Below are positions 34,008 through 46,700 of a DNA stretch of 64,000 bases, one piece after another; the first letter of the stretch is position 1; every line of letters starts with the position of its first letter. The position numbers were made by a program, and so were the translations under genes. The stretch is taken from the NCBI GenBank assembly GCA_965178125.1, contig OZ237737.1, forward strand, positions 62,001 through 126,000, given 5' to 3'. The stretch comes from Bilabrum cf. latius (Eukaryota). The notes under the pieces are model-generated. The model worked only from the letters and a program-made list of their open reading frames with translations. It searched no databases and had not been told where the DNA came from.

Positions 34008-37000
34008 ATGCTCCAGCAGCTTGCCGTGGTTGCCGCATTGGCAACATCTAGTGCTAATGCAGCATAGTTGAGCGATGCAACCTGCTCCGTGTCCCAGAGA
34101 GTGGATTGCTACCCGATGGACACGTACAGAGGTGGGCTCACCAAGGACCTCTGCCTCGCTCATGGCTGCTGCTTTGATGATTCGCAGCCGGACGGCTAGG
34201 ACTGGTGCTTCTACCCCAGTATTTCGGCGCCTGATCAAGCACAGTGCTCCGCTGTATCGGTTGCGAGCCGCCTTGATTGCCATCCGAGCGACAACGCGTC
34301 GCAAGAGAACTGCGAAGCGCGAGGGTGCTGCTGGGAAGCCGCAAGCGACTCATCGAATGGGATCCCGTATTGCTTTTCCCCTCACGTGGACGGCTATGCG
34401 ATGGAATCGGGTCTGACGCCGACCTCGAGCGGAGCACAGGCAACGCTGTCCAAGATTGCCGGCGAGCGCACCCCGTTCCTCAATGACGTCGGCACGCTCA
34501 AACTCGATGTTTGGGAGGAAACGGATACTCGGCTTCGAGTTCGTATCACAGACCCGGCAAACAAGCGGTTTGAGCCGCCGATCCCGCTCGGGCCCGCAAA
34601 GGCTCCGACCAGCAAGCCGTCCTCCCCTGCATACGCGTACTCGGCCACCTCCTCCCCGTTCGGGCTGGCCGTATCGAGGCCTGGCGCTGATGCAGCCGGC
34701 GCGGCTCCTCTATTGAACACGACCCCTGTGGCAGGCTCCAGCTCCTTCGGTGGCCTCTCCTTCGACAACCAGATGATCGAGGTCTCCACGGTGCTGCCCC
34801 AGCGAGCCGCCCTCTTCGGCCTCGGGGAACACGTGGCCCCCTTGCGGCTCTCGCAGGAGAGCAGCTCCACCCCGGGGGCGGGTCAGGTGTACACCATCCA
34901 GGCCAGGGACAGGGGCACGCCCGACCACTCCGAGACAGGGAACACGAACCTTTACGGGCAGCACCCCTTCCTGCTGGTGGTGGACGAGGACACCATGCAG
35001 GCACACGGGATCTTCTTCTACACCGCGGCGGCCATGGACGTGATCCTGCAGCCGGGGGCGGCCACGTTCCGCACGATCGGCGGCATCGTGGACCTCTTCG
35101 TGCTGGCTGGGCCCACCCCCATGGACGTGGTGAGCCAGTACTACAACCTCGTGGGCTCGCCCGCCATGGTGCCCTACTGGGGCCTGGGCTTCCACCTGTG
35201 CAGGTGGGGGTACGACGGGATCGACCGCATGAAGAACGTGACGCTATCCATGCAGCTGGCCGGCCTGCCCCAGGAGACGCAGTGGAACGACATCGACTAC
35301 ATGGACAGGCACCTGGACTTCTCCCTGGATCCAGCCAAGTACGACCCCGAGGAGGTGCACGCCTGGCTGCAGGAATGGAAGGCCACCGGGCACAGGTACA
35401 TCCAGATCGTGGACCCCGGCATCAGCGCCACGCAGACCCCCGGGTCATACCCCGCCTACGACGAGCTCATCAAGGCCGGCTGCTACCTCAAGCAGCCCAA
35501 CGGGAGCGCCACCATCGGAGTCGTGTGGCCCGGCCCCTGCCTGTTCCCCGACTTCCTGGACCCTGCAGCCGAGGCCTACTGGGAGCAGCAGTGGCGCACC
35601 TACTACAGCACGTACAACTTTACGCTGGACGGCGTGTGGATGGACATGAACGAGGTGGCGCTCATCCAGGAGCAGCCGCACGAGGACGAGGACACTTCGA
35701 TCGAAAGGGGGTCGGGCAGCAACTCGGCCGGTGCAGGCGTGTCGGTGCCCGCTGCGATGCGACGCGATGCACAGCAGGCTGACGAGGCTGGCGCTCTGCT
35801 GCGTGGGTCATCCGCTTCCTCCTCGGGGGGGCTGCGGCAGGTGGTGAACGGGACCGGCTTCGACCCGCAGAACCCGCCCTTTCTGCCGGGTCGGCTGGGG
35901 GGTGCCACGTGGATCGACCAGAAGACGCTGCACTTTGACACGCACGGCTATGCCGGCCTCGAGTACGACGCGCACGGGCTGTACGGCTACAGCGAGATGG
36001 TGGTGACTCGCAAGGTGCACGCGGCCATCGACCCCGTGCGCAAGGTGTTCATCTCAAGGAGCACATTCCCCGGAGCGGGAGCGGTAGGGGGCCACTGGCT
36101 GGGGGACAACACCGCCACGTGGCACGACTTGGAGATGAGCATCCAGGGGACGCTCCTCTTCAACCTGCTGGGGGTGCCCCTGGTGGGATCCGATACGTGC
36201 GGCTTCAACAACCCGACCAACGCTGAGCTGTGCACCCGCTGGATGCAAGCGGCTGCCGTCACTCAGGGCTTTTACCGCAACCACAACAGCATCAACATGC
36301 CGAACCAGGCCCCTTACGTCTTCGGGGAACCCTACACGAGCACCATCAGGAGGGCCATGCTGCTGCGGCAGAGTCTGCTGCCCTACCTGTACACCCTCTT
36401 CCACATGGCCTCCGAGTCCAACCTGCCCGTCAGCAGGGCCCTCTTCCTCGAGTTCCCCGCGGACCCGCAGGCCCTAGACGTGGGCCTCGCGGTGATGCTG
36501 GGCCCCGCCCTCCTCGCCGCGCCCGCCACGCAGAAGGGCGCGGCGCAGGCCAGCGCGTACCTCCCGCAGGCCGACTGGCTCTGGCTCGAAACTGGACAGG
36601 TGGTGGCGGTGGCGTCGGATCCCGCCGCTGTGCACGACCTCCCCACACCCTTGGACGCGTCCAAGCTGCCCGGTAACGAGTCCGGCGTGCCTCTGCTCAT
36701 GCGCGGGGGCCACATCGTCGTGCGGCAGGAGCCCGCCATGACCACGGTCGAGTCCAGGAGGCTGCCCTTTGGGATCGATGTCGCGCCTGTCTCTGCCTCT
36801 GGGGCTGCCGCTGTGGAGGGTTCCGCTGCTGCACAGGCTGGTGACGCAGCGGGCTCGTTGTTCCTCGATGACGGCGAGAAGCTGGACGCCGTGGGGCAGG
36901 GCCACTACACGGAGGTGTCGCTCTCGCACCAGGCTGGGACGAAGGGTGCGGCCGCCAGCGGGACCATGAAGCTGAGCAGGGGGCACAGCGGTTACTAGGC

Positions 37001-37211
37001 GGCGGGGTCTGCTGTGCTCGGGCAGGTGAGGGTGCTCCTGGGGGCCGTGATGGGCGCTGGCGGGAGCTGTGGCTCGCCACAGATGCAGGTGAACGGCAAG
37101 CAGGCCGACTCTGTGTCTTTCGACGCGCAGCACATGGTGCTGGAGGGCTCTTTGGTGAGCGCAGCGGTGTCGCTGACTGCTTCGGACAGCGTGGTGGAGT
37201 GGTCTTGCTGA
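34008..37211 (+). CDS. GH31 alpha-glucosidase (lysosomal GAA-like) with a signal peptide and two trefoil (P-type) domains
   Basis: MLQQLAVVAALATSSANAA*; trefoils RVDC..LCLAHGCCFD..WCFYP and RLDC..NCEARGCCWE..PYCF; WNDIDYM, WMDMNE, GHWLGDN and FYRNHN. TAGs at 34065, 34197 and 36996; ends TGA. Confidence 0.93.
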
Positions 37212-37723
37212 AGTTGCAGCGCACTGCAGCTACCGCTCTCGCCTTACGATTGACTCTTGGCTGCCTAGGGGCAGCTAGGCCGATGCTTTGCGTCCGCTTT
37301 GTGGGTGTCATTTAAGCAGATTACGCTCACTTGGATGCAATTATAGTCTACTTGCAATTTATTTTCTCAATCAGCTGCAGCGACCGCTGTAGCGACCGGA
37401 AATTGTGTTCTGTAACGAGTCATTCTCGCGGAACCTCGAATCTGGTATACTGAGATGGTAACCGGCGCACATATCCGCATTGCTCTCGTAACTTGGAGCT
37501 TGACAGGTTACCTATTGAGCCAGACCGTCTTGCTTGTGCCCTATTCTTGCCATATCGCTGGCGATTCCAGCCATGAGTGAGCCGCATTCTATGCTTGTCA
37601 GCGCCGGATCGATGCCGTCGCGGTCGATGCTGTTGAGCCTCCCAAAGCCTAGGTTGCCCCCAATTTGGTATTTTTCTTCAATGAACTATTAAATGAGTAT
37701 TCATAAAAGCAATTATTTCTGCA

Positions 37724-40700
37724 ATGGATGCGCGTGGTTCCCTCTTTCCCGCAGACGAGGATGCATCGGTTTGGAACACTGTCGATCCCGACCGCCACAG
37801 CGACCTTAAGGGCACGAATCCGGGTCCCACCTCCGCATATACAAACCTAAAGATGATTGTAATCCAAGGTATGACGCAATGGTACGATAGAACTGCCAAA
37901 CGGCCAGTCCAGGCTGCGCGCGGCGCCCCGGCCACCATCACTCGCGCCCATCCGTCGTTGGCATCGCCGGCCGGGACTGCCAAGGGCGGCCCCAGAACAT
38001 CTACCGAAGCAGCAGTGTGTGGAACCAGCATCTCAACCTTCTTCCGGGGCGGCCTGACCCGGCGCTCCATGGGCCCACACCGCGACAGAGGCGGCCGGCT
38101 GTCACCCCACGGCGTCGCATCGGTGCTGGCGGCAAAGCCAGCCCGACCAAGCCTTATTGTCGGGTTCCTGGGCGTCTTGGGACTCGCTGTGGGGGTTTAT
38201 GCCTCGAACCCCCCTCCCGAGATCTTTCCTACCGACTACTTCATTTCTCCTTCGACAGATGTAGAAATTCGCCTTCCTACGACCGAGGTAGATGCCGATG
38301 TCACCTTCGGATACGGGGCGGGCAGCAGTTTGCCGGAGGCAGATTAGCCTTACGATGGGCCAATCAAGATATCACTTGTTGGCCCAGTCGTCGTCGTCGC
38401 TCGCTCGCGCTACAACGGTACGCTTTCGGTAGTTGCAAGTAGGCGGTACTTCGTTCAGAGTGAGAAATCCCCTGCAATAGCTTGCGAACCCGTCAGCATT
38501 ACAACATGGGGTACTTGCAATATTGTACTATGATTAGCACCGCTTTCCCCTTGCTACGCACTCTCTGGTAAATTTTCGTGATCATTTTGCCTACTTCGCA
38601 GCAGCAGACCTCTCCGCGACTCAGTCATCGCAAGCTGGTGCCGGCGTGTGCGTGGCACCAAGTCTGTTGCATGGAACCGAAAATCCTTTCGTTCCGTCCT
38701 CGGCCTCGGATGTGGAACGTGAGCTTGCCGCGTCCTTCCTTCCGACCAGGGAGGGAACCTTCGCAGTCACCATCAGGGCATCCGACGGCTGCACCACCTT
38801 CGAGGACACGATCCGGGTAGACGTGCGCTGTACTAATAATCCTGTCGCCCAGGCCGGCCCGGACGTGCAGTCGGTCTTCAACACCACCAGTGGGCAGTTC
38901 GAGCCCGTCGAGCTGAACCCCTCGGGCACCCAGACCCTGGGCAGCCCGGAAGACGTCTCCGATTCCGAGTCCATCGAGGCGGCCCAGTCCTCTGCCCTCC
39001 TCCGGGGCGGGGCCCCCGTCAGGTACACGTGGACCGTGCTCTCCTCCCCGACCGAGTCCAGCATCGCCGTGGGCCCCCAGTCCGCCGCTCACAGGAGGGA
39101 CGTGGCCGCCCCGACCGTGGACCCCAGCAGCGGCGCGGGGCTGGTCGTTCCTGACGCCGCACCGCTGGGCACGATGAATTTCCGGCCGGACACTCCCGGC
39201 GAGTACGTCCTTTAGCTGGAGGCGAAGAGGGGCGACTGCCCTGCCTCCACGGACGTCGTGACTGTGACTGCGCTGTGCCGGGGCCAGGGCCAAGGTCTGG
39301 GCGAGGCGATGGTGGCAGACGCAGGCCCTGACGTACTCATAGGCAGCTTTGACGACGAGAGCAACGGATACGACGGTGGGCCGGGACCCTTTCCCCAGGT
39401 GACTCTCAGCGCAAGGGGGTCGAGATTCGCCGCGAACCTGACCGACTTTCTGTGGGAAATCATCGATGCGCCCGAGGCCTCCGCCGTGCGGACGGGGCGC
39501 TGGCAGGCAGAGACGATCGATGGAACCTCCCCTGCCAGGCGTGCCCGACTGCACCTCTCTCTCGCGGCTCAAGGGGGGTCGGCAGGCGTCGCGATGGCCT
39601 ACTCCCCGGAGACCACGTTCCAGCCGGATGCGGAGGGCGAGTACACGATCAGGCTGGCAATGATGGACGGATGCAACGTTGCTTCCGACACGGTACAGAT
39701 CACTGCTGCGTGTTCAAGGACCCTCAGACCCGTTGCCAGGGCAATTCCGCTCCGTGGTGGAGTCACGGTGCCGCGTGCAGACCTGCCTCCAGCTGCAAGC
39801 GCCGTTGGGGGCAGACTCGCCGGAGGGGCACAGGCTGCCGACGCCCTGGAGCGGGAGGGACTCGGAGCCGGAGGTGACGTCATTCTGTTCCTTGGTAATG
39901 CCCTCGCGCATTTTGCCCCGATGGCGCTCAGGAAGCAGGCAGTGCGGACCCGGGCGACCTCTAGAGCAAGGGCAGTCACGGGGGTCAGCATGTCCGAGCC
40001 CATGCCTCCGCAGTCAGACGCAGCGGCAGGGGCCACGTTCAACTCGTCCTCGTCGTGGTCAGCACCCGCTGTCGTCGTGCTCAACGGCTCTATGTCGGAC
40101 CTAGGTCCCGCTAAAGCGGGCGCATAGTCACCTGCGGCTGGGCACAGGTGGCGGCTGGAGTCCAGACCTTCAGGATACGGGAATGTCTCTGCCGCGAGAA
40201 CGGCGGGTACCACATTTGGTCCTTCCCTGGCACAGGACGCAGTCATGGGTCTGCACCCTTGCCCGGGTGACGCCCTCAGTGACGCGTGCAGGCAGTCGCA
40301 GGCAGGCATCCTCCAGGCCTCCTCTCTGGGAGCTGGGCTGCTGCTGCCCGATGCCGTGGGCGACTACGTTGCTGCCCTGCAGACCTGGGACAACTGCACG
40401 GCAAGAGCGGATCGCGTGACGGTTCGCGTGCGCTGCAATGCTCCTCCCGTTGCGATCAGCGGAGGGGACCGAGTCGTGGAGCGCGGGCTGGGCAACAAGC
40501 TGCCCGAGGTGCCTCTGAACGGGAGCGGGTCGTACGATGCCGACGACGACTATCTGCTGTTTGCATGGGAGGTAGTGGAGGTACCCATCGGAGCGCTAGT
40601 GGGGAAGGAATTGTCAGCCGAACCCTCCAACGCTGAGCTGACGGGCGCGTTCCTGGCAGGAGCCACCAACTCGAGTCACGCAGTCCTGAAGCCAAGCTCC

Positions 40701-43700
40701 AGCGGTATCTTCAGGCTGCGGCTCACAGTGAGCGATTTTTGCTCCTCCTCGACCAGCGAATTCGCAGTGCTGCTGCGATGCAACGCTCCTCCTCGCGCAG
40801 CCGCAGCCCAGGCAGTGCACTCGATCATGTTCAGCGAGTCCTACCGCTTCGTGGGAGCGGCGCCGGGCACCGAGCCAACAGAGCCGGACAACCGGTTCGC
40901 GCCCGTTGTGCTGGACGGCAGCTACTCGTATGATCCCGACGGCCTGAACGACATCGTGAGCTACGACTGGAAGCTCGTCCAAGAAGAGCAGCCCCAATTG
41001 GGCACATCGGTGACCTACGGGAACGGCCAGCCCGACGCACCGGTGCACATCACGGCCATCGACGGAGCGCCCGGCGCGGTGCTGTTCACGGTGCCCGCGG
41101 CAGAAATCAACGCAGACGGGGACGCATCTCAGGGAAGACCGCTGTCCACTGTGTACACGTACCGGCTCACAGTGAGCGATGGCTGCAGCGCGTCCAGCAC
41201 AGAGGTCGAGGTCGAGGCCCAGTGTCCTACATCTCCTGGCTCCAATGCGAGCATATCGCCCGCACTCGTCACATGGAACGAGCGAGTCGGGTCTCGATTC
41301 TCGACTGCAAGTACAGTGGGCGCTGGCATGGCTGACCCCGACGGCGAGCTCGAGGTGGTGCTGTGTTCCCAGAGCTCGGCGGACAACATCACGAGGGACT
41401 GCGCGCCCCAGTTTAGCCTCAGTGGGGAAGTTCTGTTCCTTAACGACTCGGCTGATTTCGACGCGGAATGGAGATCCACGTCTGCACCGCCAGGATCACC
41501 GATGTCGGCGCTCATAGTGGGCGGGGACAACGACGCTGGGATATACAACTCGTCACTGACTGCCACGTCGCTGGAGGTGCCGATTACTGGCCTAGACTTT
41601 GAGAACCCATTTGATTTCTCCTCGCTGGGCGTGACTTTGCAGGGGCAGTACGAGACTCGGTATCTCGTGTCTACCGGGTGCGTGGCTTCCAGCGATCCGG
41701 CGGTGGCTGTGCTGCAGTGCAACGATCCACCGCTGGCCGACGCAGGCTCCGCCATCACGGTGGAACTAAACGACACTAGCAACCTTCCCCTCGTCACACT
41801 GGATGGCAGTCGGTCACATGCGTCCGCAGATCGGGACGACGGCGAGGCGCAGAGGGACGCGCCGACGTTTCGATTCGAGTGGACCGTCGAGCACACCTCC
41901 CCGGCTGGTGACTCCAGTGCGAACGAGGAGGACGTCATCGGGACGGACGACCCCGTGCAGAACGTCACCGGGCACGAAACGGAGGACGGCATCCACGAGG
42001 CCTTCGTGACTTCCACCAAGTACACGGGTCAGCTGGGAGGCATCCAAGGTGCAGATACCAAGTGCCAAGAGAGGGCACTCGCCGCGCGGCTCCCGTTCCA
42101 CGACGAATTTGTGGCCGTGCTGTGCGATAACGGAGGACACGGGTCCGGCTGGTCCAGAGGTTCTATCACTTCCCGCCCCGTGTACTCAACAGGTCACGTT
42201 CGTGGCGCGTACAGGGTGCAGGCCGCTGTGGGACGGGACCACAAGGTGGCTTGTGGGCGTGAGTGCGCGGCGCGGTGGCAAAGCGAAGAGATGAACGGCG
42301 CTATTACGTACGATGAGTACGGGAGGCTACTGTCCGGGGCCGATCGAGGCACAGTGTTTGGTGGTTGCGACTTGGACGGCTAGGTCCTGGAAGACGTCGG
42401 GGCTGGACAGCTGTGTCTGACGTGGACAAGCGACAGCAGCGATCGCACCACTCGCCTTGGAGACGTGTTGCAGACCGGCGAGCAGCGCTATTCCGCTGGG
42501 ACTGCCAGCTGCGATGAAGAACAGCGTCTCTTGTGCGTGAGGGAGCAGGCACATACGCTCAGTGAACTCGGATACGGAATAGGACCTTTCCAGACGCTCA
42601 CGCCCCAGTTCCAACCGCGCAAGCTCGGCACGTACACGGCAGAGCTGAAGGTGTCTGACGGTTGCCAGCTGTCCACAACCAGCGTGGAGGTCACGGTGAA
42701 ATGCCCGGAGCCTCCACTCGTGTCAGCTGGCGATGACATCATCAGCTACTGGTCACGACCCAACAAGACCCACAGCGGGTTCAGACCTGTGAACTTTTCG
42801 GCCAACATCCCGATGGATGGCATGGGGATCCCTCACGATGCGGAATGGACGCAATCCACAGAGTCTTTCTTCTCACCGCCAAGCACAGATACGGAGTACA
42901 TCTCCGAGTTTGACGTCCCGCAAGCCCTCGTGGACCAGGGCTTTGCGAGCTCAACAACACAGAACATCACCTTTATGTTCGAGCAAGACGTGATCGGCAC
43001 TTCGTAGCCCACCATGCAGAACGAAGCCACTTCAGCTCTACTCGTCACACCAAAGGTGCTCGGAAGCATTGGGTATGCCTACGCCATTTCAGACGGGTGC
43101 AGCATTACTCGGGACCTGGCCGAGGTGCATGCGGAATGCAACACGCCGCCGCTGCTGCGCACAGGCTCGGGCGGGCGGGCCACCGAGAGCGTCTGGAACG
43201 GGACTCACTTCGAGCCCGTGGCAATATCGTCAACGGCTGCAGACGTTGAGGACGACTACCTGACGATCGAGTACACGCTGGGCACCGGCGCTTTCCAGCG
43301 ACCCAGTTCACCGGCCAGCAACATCGAGAGCGATGTGCTGCAGGACGACGACACAGAGCTCGCCTCCCGTGGGAACGGGTCTGCCGTCCTCGCGCCCAAG
43401 AGCGTGGGGTCCTGGAGCTTCAACGTGGGTGCCTCCGATGGATGCACCTCGGTGCTGGCCGACATCCGGATCGACGTGGTATGCTCAGGAACACCTGAAG
43501 CAAGAGCAGCTCAGGACCCCGTGGCTGCACTGGTGCGGGAGCAGGAGCTGGACCTGTCCGATTCGACGGCAATTGTGTCCTCTATCTGGACCGGGTTCAA
43601 CGCAAGTCGAGCCGTCGCAGCCAGTACCGCGGGATAGCTTTTAGTCGGCGGAACCGTGCCAGCGCAGGACTCTAGATTCGCAGATCTCGTCGGCTCACCC

Positions 43701-46700
43701 GGGGTGTACAAAGTGGACCTGGATCCTGGCAATGACCAGGAATTCTCAGCTGGTACCAACACGGCAGGACGCGGCGACTTTTCGTACGCTCTCCTAGAAT
43801 TGAGAAATAGCACGGACCCAGAGAACGAGGCCTTGCAGCTGAAGTGGTCATTGATCGACTATGAGCCGGCACTCGCTGTGGCAGCCATGCGAGGCCCAGG
43901 CTCGACGCCTGGTCGGGCTGATGGGTCCACAATGCCCTCCTTGATTGCATCTTGGTTACAGGACGCGAGTGAAACCGATGCGTACATCTATTCGTTTGCA
44001 AACGGATCCACGGATGGATTCGGAGATGTCATCGCGCGTGGGTTTCACCCGAGCGAGCCCACAGCTGACCCAGCTACTGGCCTGCACCGCAGGGACGACG
44101 GCAGTTTCTTCGTGGCCCAAGTCTTGCCGCCTGCAGTGGCTGCTGCTGCCGGCTTCGACGACCAAGCTCTTCCCGGCTGGGATCCCGAGAACCTCATCCA
44201 CGGTTCCTCTACGGAACCGCTCAGCGGGGACGGATACACGGTGGCCCTCGGCTTCGACGCTCCCAGGGCACTCGTGGCGGGCGCTCGGCTGGGAGCCTGG
44301 CTGTTTGAGGGGAGGGCCAGCGACGGTTGCTCGTTCGACACGGTCTAGGCTGCGGTCATTTCCGCCTGCTCGCAGCCTCCTCTGTCGAGAGCGAGGGTGT
44401 CATGTGCCGTGCTGGCCGATGATGGGAACGTGACGACTAGCTCAGTAGTGGACGCGGTGGAGCTTGCCGGATGGGAGGCCGAGAATGAGGATCAAGCGCT
44501 TCAGCTGCAGTTCCGAGATTCCTGCGGCGGATCAACTCCAGAGAATTCGAACGGAACTTTGCCCGCCTTTGTGTTGAATGGTCTAGAAGGCACCGACGCA
44601 GAGGGTGACGTGCTACGATTCCAATGGGACTTTTTGTCCTTCGCGGCCCCCGACGCTTCCTTCGTACCGACAAGGGCGCTCGGGCTAGACCCCGCGGTGC
44701 TGCCTGACCCGAGCAAGGCAAAGGCGCAGGATAGCGACGTGCTCGACGTGCTAGTCCTGCCTCCCGTGGATCCGCCAATGGGGAACGCGAGCGAGCCGTC
44801 GATAGGTGAGGCTCTCGAGCAGCTGGTTCAGGCTATCCAATTCAAGGATGGCGAAGATGATATCGATGCCGGGCAGGGCCATCCCGTGACTGGGGCTGCT
44901 TCCGAAATCTTGGTCTCCTTTGCTGGTCTGGCGGAGAGAAGTCTGCCCCCGATGGCCGATCCTCGCGCAGGTGGTGACTCCCCGCGGCAGCTGGTGCGCC
45001 CCCAGCACGTTGGCACGTACTTGTTTGGCCTCACCACGGATGACGGGTGCTCGGCCAGCTATGACCGGATTGCAGTGCAGGTGTCTTGCAGCGCACCTCC
45101 AGCGATCAATTTTCTGGGTGCCAATACGGAGACTGGGCACGGGTTTGGCCCACTGGCCCTGCCTGTTCTAGACCTGGTATGGTAGGGGCCCGCGGTGCGA
45201 TTCGGGAGTGGTGCCATCGTTGCAAATGTGACTAGCCGTCGCGCCAACTCCACGGTGCTACGGTGGCGCGCTTCCAACGGGCGTGTGTTTGCAGGAGCCG
45301 GCACTGAGCTCGACGAGGAGAGCGATGGGTCGTTCAGGCAGCCCCTGATTGCCAACGGGGACGTATCAGTTCCATCGTCTTCCGCTGCTAGGCTGCGGAA
45401 AGATGCTAACGGGTCGTATGTGCTGTTGCCCGTACTTGGCAACGTTTCCAGTCTCTAGGGCGGCGTGCCCTCTCGAAGAGGTCACGGTACCGTGGCCGGG
45501 TTCACCCCATTCACGTCTGGCAGTCGGATGGTGGAGCTGACTGCCACCGACGGATGCTCCGTGATTCGTGAGCCAATCGTTGTCAGGAGCACGTGCTTGG
45601 CAAAACCAGTCGTTAGTTTGACTCTGAGAAGTGACGCGACGGGCTAGGCAATCACTGGAGATCCGGTGTCTGTGAGCTGGAATGGGACGGCGTTTGGGCG
45701 TCTGCTTGTCGATGCACGAGTGTCGATCAACGACGGTGGTCTAGGAGTCGCCCCGTACAATGCAACTTCGTTCAAGGGCCGTGGTGAGTTCACCATTGAG
45801 ACAGTTACGGCATCTGGAAGCGGACAAGCGCCATTGAAAGCATCCGTCGGCGAGTTGGTCAGCGAGGATGACACCATCCTGACAGACACCATGAAGGTCA
45901 CGCCGCGGGCCGGTGGGATGTTCCGGGTTGTCTATGTCACCGATGACGGATGCAGGTATGGCAGCGACGATGCGGTGTTCATGGTCACCTGCAACGCCAA
46001 GCCGGAGGCAAGCACGGTGTAGCAAACATACAGCAGCACGTGGGATGGCGATGACTTCCCCTCCGTCCGGCTCAACGCAACGACCAGTTCCGATGCAGAT
46101 CAAGACCATCTGGATCTCACCTGGGAACTCTAGTCCGTGCAGCTGGTGTCAGAGAGTTCCTTTGATCTCTCACCTTTCCCCGCTGCAGGCTCACCGGAAC
46201 TGGAGCTCAACGACTACAGCTATCGATTCGAGGTAATGGGCGACAGCGGCACCACGCTGGCCGAGTCCTCCACCTTTGCGAATGGAGGCACGTCCGGGAT
46301 GGCTTCGCTCACGCCAAAGTATCTCGGGACATGGGAGGCTACCGCAACTGCCAGCGACAGGTGCTCGGACGACTCAACGACCGTGCAGGTGCGGGCCTCG
46401 TGCCCTCGAGCGGCGACTCTGCGTCTCGAGTCGCGAATGCTCTTGTCCCACTGGAACGACTCCTCGCGATCATTTGGTCCCGTTGTGCTGAACGCCACGA
46501 GGACTGCTGGGCTCCTTGGCAATCTGTCTGGTCTATCCCTCGGAATAGAGTATTCGGACTTTGTGGGCCCACTGGAGAGCGCAGCAGTCGCCGCTAACGT
46601 CCGCATGCCGCCAAATCCGCTCCCCGCTGTCGTACCAGAGAATGACCCGGCTGCAATAGACCCAGGGCTAGAGTCCCCATCACAGAACACCTCCAGCGGA

